A stretch of DNA of 59,134 nt from an uncultured Verrucomicrobiota bacterium (GTDB lineage Bacteria; Verrucomicrobiota; Verrucomicrobiia; Limisphaerales; CAIMTB01). Every line of letters starts with the position of its first letter. Position 1 is the first letter of the stretch. The DNA lies in assembly GCA_903844265.1 (NCBI GenBank), contig CAIMTB010000475.1, positions 1 to 59,134 of the forward strand. Direction: 5' to 3'. A program made the position numbers and the translations under genes. Under the pieces are notes generated by a model that did no database searches, was not told where the DNA came from, and saw only the letters and a list, made by a program, of their open reading frames with translations. Below, in pieces: positions 57,990-59,134 of the stretch.

Positions 57990-58718
57990 TCAGCCCCCGC
58001 TGCGGACTTCGCGCCACAGGTCGGTGACGATGGCGCGCGACTTGAGGTAGCGGGCGTGTCCGTCGAGAAAGACCGAATTTACTCCCTCATTGTGGCGGCC
58101 TGCGGCGACCCTGCGTTCGGGGTTCAGACGGCGCACGGTGCTCCCCTCACTGTAGGGGAGGTGCGCGGGGGACCAGATATCGTTCAGGTCGGTGATTGCG
58201 TCCTGGTAGCCCGTGACAATCGGCCGCCAGGCCCCGTTCTCGTTATCCGTCAGATGGATGGTATCGCTGGGGATCTCAAACGCCGTGATCCTCGAAGGTC
58301 CTTCCTGTTCGGAACCGACCTTGTCCTTGGGTCCTGTGAATTTCCATGCGTTGATCACATAGGTGATGATCTGGCGGCGGCGCCAATCGGTGTCGGGATA
58401 CCCGGCACACCGATATATCCTAACCGCACGAAAATCCTTCGCCGTGCCGCCCTCCGGCATATAGGGCATATAGGCCAAGAACCAGGGATGGCCGTTGCCG
58501 CGCGGGATATAGCCGTCCGAATCGTCGGAGTACATCAGCATGGCCAGGCCCATCTGCTTGAGGTTGTTCAGGCACTGGACGGCTTTCCCTTTCGCCTTGG
58601 CCCGTCCCAGCGCCGGCAGCAGCAGGCTGGCGAGAATGGCGATGATGGCCACCACGACCAACAGCTCGATCAGCGTAAACGCCCGACGAACGCCCCGTCT
58701 TGAAAGGCAAATCTCCAT
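57990..58718 (-). CDS. Prepilin-type N-terminal cleavage/methylation protein, H-X9-DG family (DUF1559-like)
   Basis: ATG 58718 ([37 protein letters not shown]). C-terminal [18 protein letters not shown] equals H-X9-DG. Confidence 0.75.
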   Translation of the reverse strand: MEICLSRRGVRRAFTLIELLVVVAIIAILASLLLPALGRAKAKGKAVQCLNNLKQMGLAMLMYSDDSDGYIPRGNGHPWFLAYMPYMPEGGTAKDFRAVRIYRCAGYPDTDWRRRQIITYVINAWKFTGPKDKVGSEQEGPSRITAFEIPSDTIHLTDNENGAWRPIVTGYQDAITDLNDIWSPAHLPYSEGSTVRRLNPERRVAAGRHNEGVNSVFLDGHARYLKSRAIVTDLWREVRSGG

Positions 58719-58824
58719 GGGATCAGGAACCTCATTCCCACCCCGAGCCGGCACGGTGTCAAGCGGCGTGCCGCTTACCAGTCCGGCTACCGTGATCCCC
58801 GAGTTGTGGGTGGTAGGGCAACCT

Positions 58825-58894
58825 CTACCTTTATAAAGGGACGGGTCTTTTATAGGCTTCTACATTTATAAAGGGCCAGGTCTTTTATATGCTT
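58825..58894. repeat. 2 x 35-nt AT-rich tandem repeat, each unit CTAC-N-[hairpin-forming 25-mer]-N-GCTT
   Basis: CTACcTTTATAAAGGGACGGGTCTTTTATAgGCTT / CTACaTTTATAAAGGGCCAGGTCTTTTATAtGCTT. Arms TATAAAGGG / GGTCTTTTATA can pair. It sits immediately upstream of the RayT-like gene. Confidence 0.75.
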
Positions 58895-58927
58895 GACTTG
58901 CTACCTCCCCTCCCCTTTCTTCCGTCC

Positions 58928-59134
58928 ATGCGTGCGCGTCGTCTCAAGCTTCCCAACGACAGGCCCAGCGCCTTCTATCACTGCCTCTCCCGCATCGTCG
59001 ACAAACGCCCCATCTTCGGACCCACCGAAAAAGACCACTTCGTCTCCCTCCTCCGCGAATGTGAACGCTTCTGCCGCGTCCGCGTCCTCACCTTCGCCAT
59101 CATGCACAACCACTTCCACATCCTCCTCGAGGTC
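58928..59134 (+). mobile_element. IS200/RayT-like Y1 (HUH) transposase gene, 3' end outside the window
   Basis: The ATG 58928 frame is open to the window end: MRARRLKLPNDRPSAFYHCLSRIVDKRPIFGPTEKDHFVSLLRECERFCRVRVLTFAIMHNHFHILLEV. YH..R....R.IF and the HUH motif (HFH) are typical of REP-associated tyrosine transposases. Confidence 0.65.

Overview
Visibly GC-rich bacterial chromosomal segment. The gene content looks like the PVC superphylum (Verrucomicrobiota/Planctomycetota-like): H-X9-DG pseudopilins and a giant CotH/lamin-tail protein. I can support about 45 protein genes. I recognised no rRNA, tRNA or CRISPR array. Layout: (1) radical-SAM tail, SNF2 helicase, chemoreceptor, PLD-family enzyme, DsbD. 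(2) An iron/Fe-S block: iscR-iscU-(nifS/iscS-like)-apbC, then a two-ORF feoB behind a DtxR-FeoA fusion, facing an MntR-like repressor. (3) The most interesting part, about 18.3-30.0 kb. Two operons are each preceded by a Crp/Fnr-type box about 42 nt before the ATG. The first is DUF2249 / 12-TM His-rich (NnrS- or heme-copper-oxidase-like) membrane protein / DUF59. The second encodes a Tat-exported, membrane-anchor-less type II DMSO-reductase-family molybdoenzyme with NXR/periplasmic-Nar-like hallmarks: a diheme-c::heme-b gamma fusion, a 1157-aa alpha, an unassigned 101-aa ORF, beta and a TorD-like chaperone. It is followed by an HExxH/zinc-ribbon protein and a Cys-less Crp/Fnr regulator. (4) amtB, htrA, a Zn-ribbon protein, selA-selB, ppdK, ltaE. 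(5) A pseudopilin, hypotheticals, DUF1343, a ClpX-like ATPase without Zn-finger or IGF loop, and ahcY-metK with a divergent SahR-like regulator. (6) A 2113-aa CotH/LTD protein, a second pseudopilin, and AT-rich tandem palindromic repeats in front of a RayT/IS200-like transposase that runs off the window. Other points worth follow-up: the NifS/IscS-like protein lacks the PLP lysine and the substrate arginine, ApbC lacks its CxxC, and the chemoreceptor has a periplasmic CZB-like sensor. All family calls come from motif reading by eye. No database search was run.
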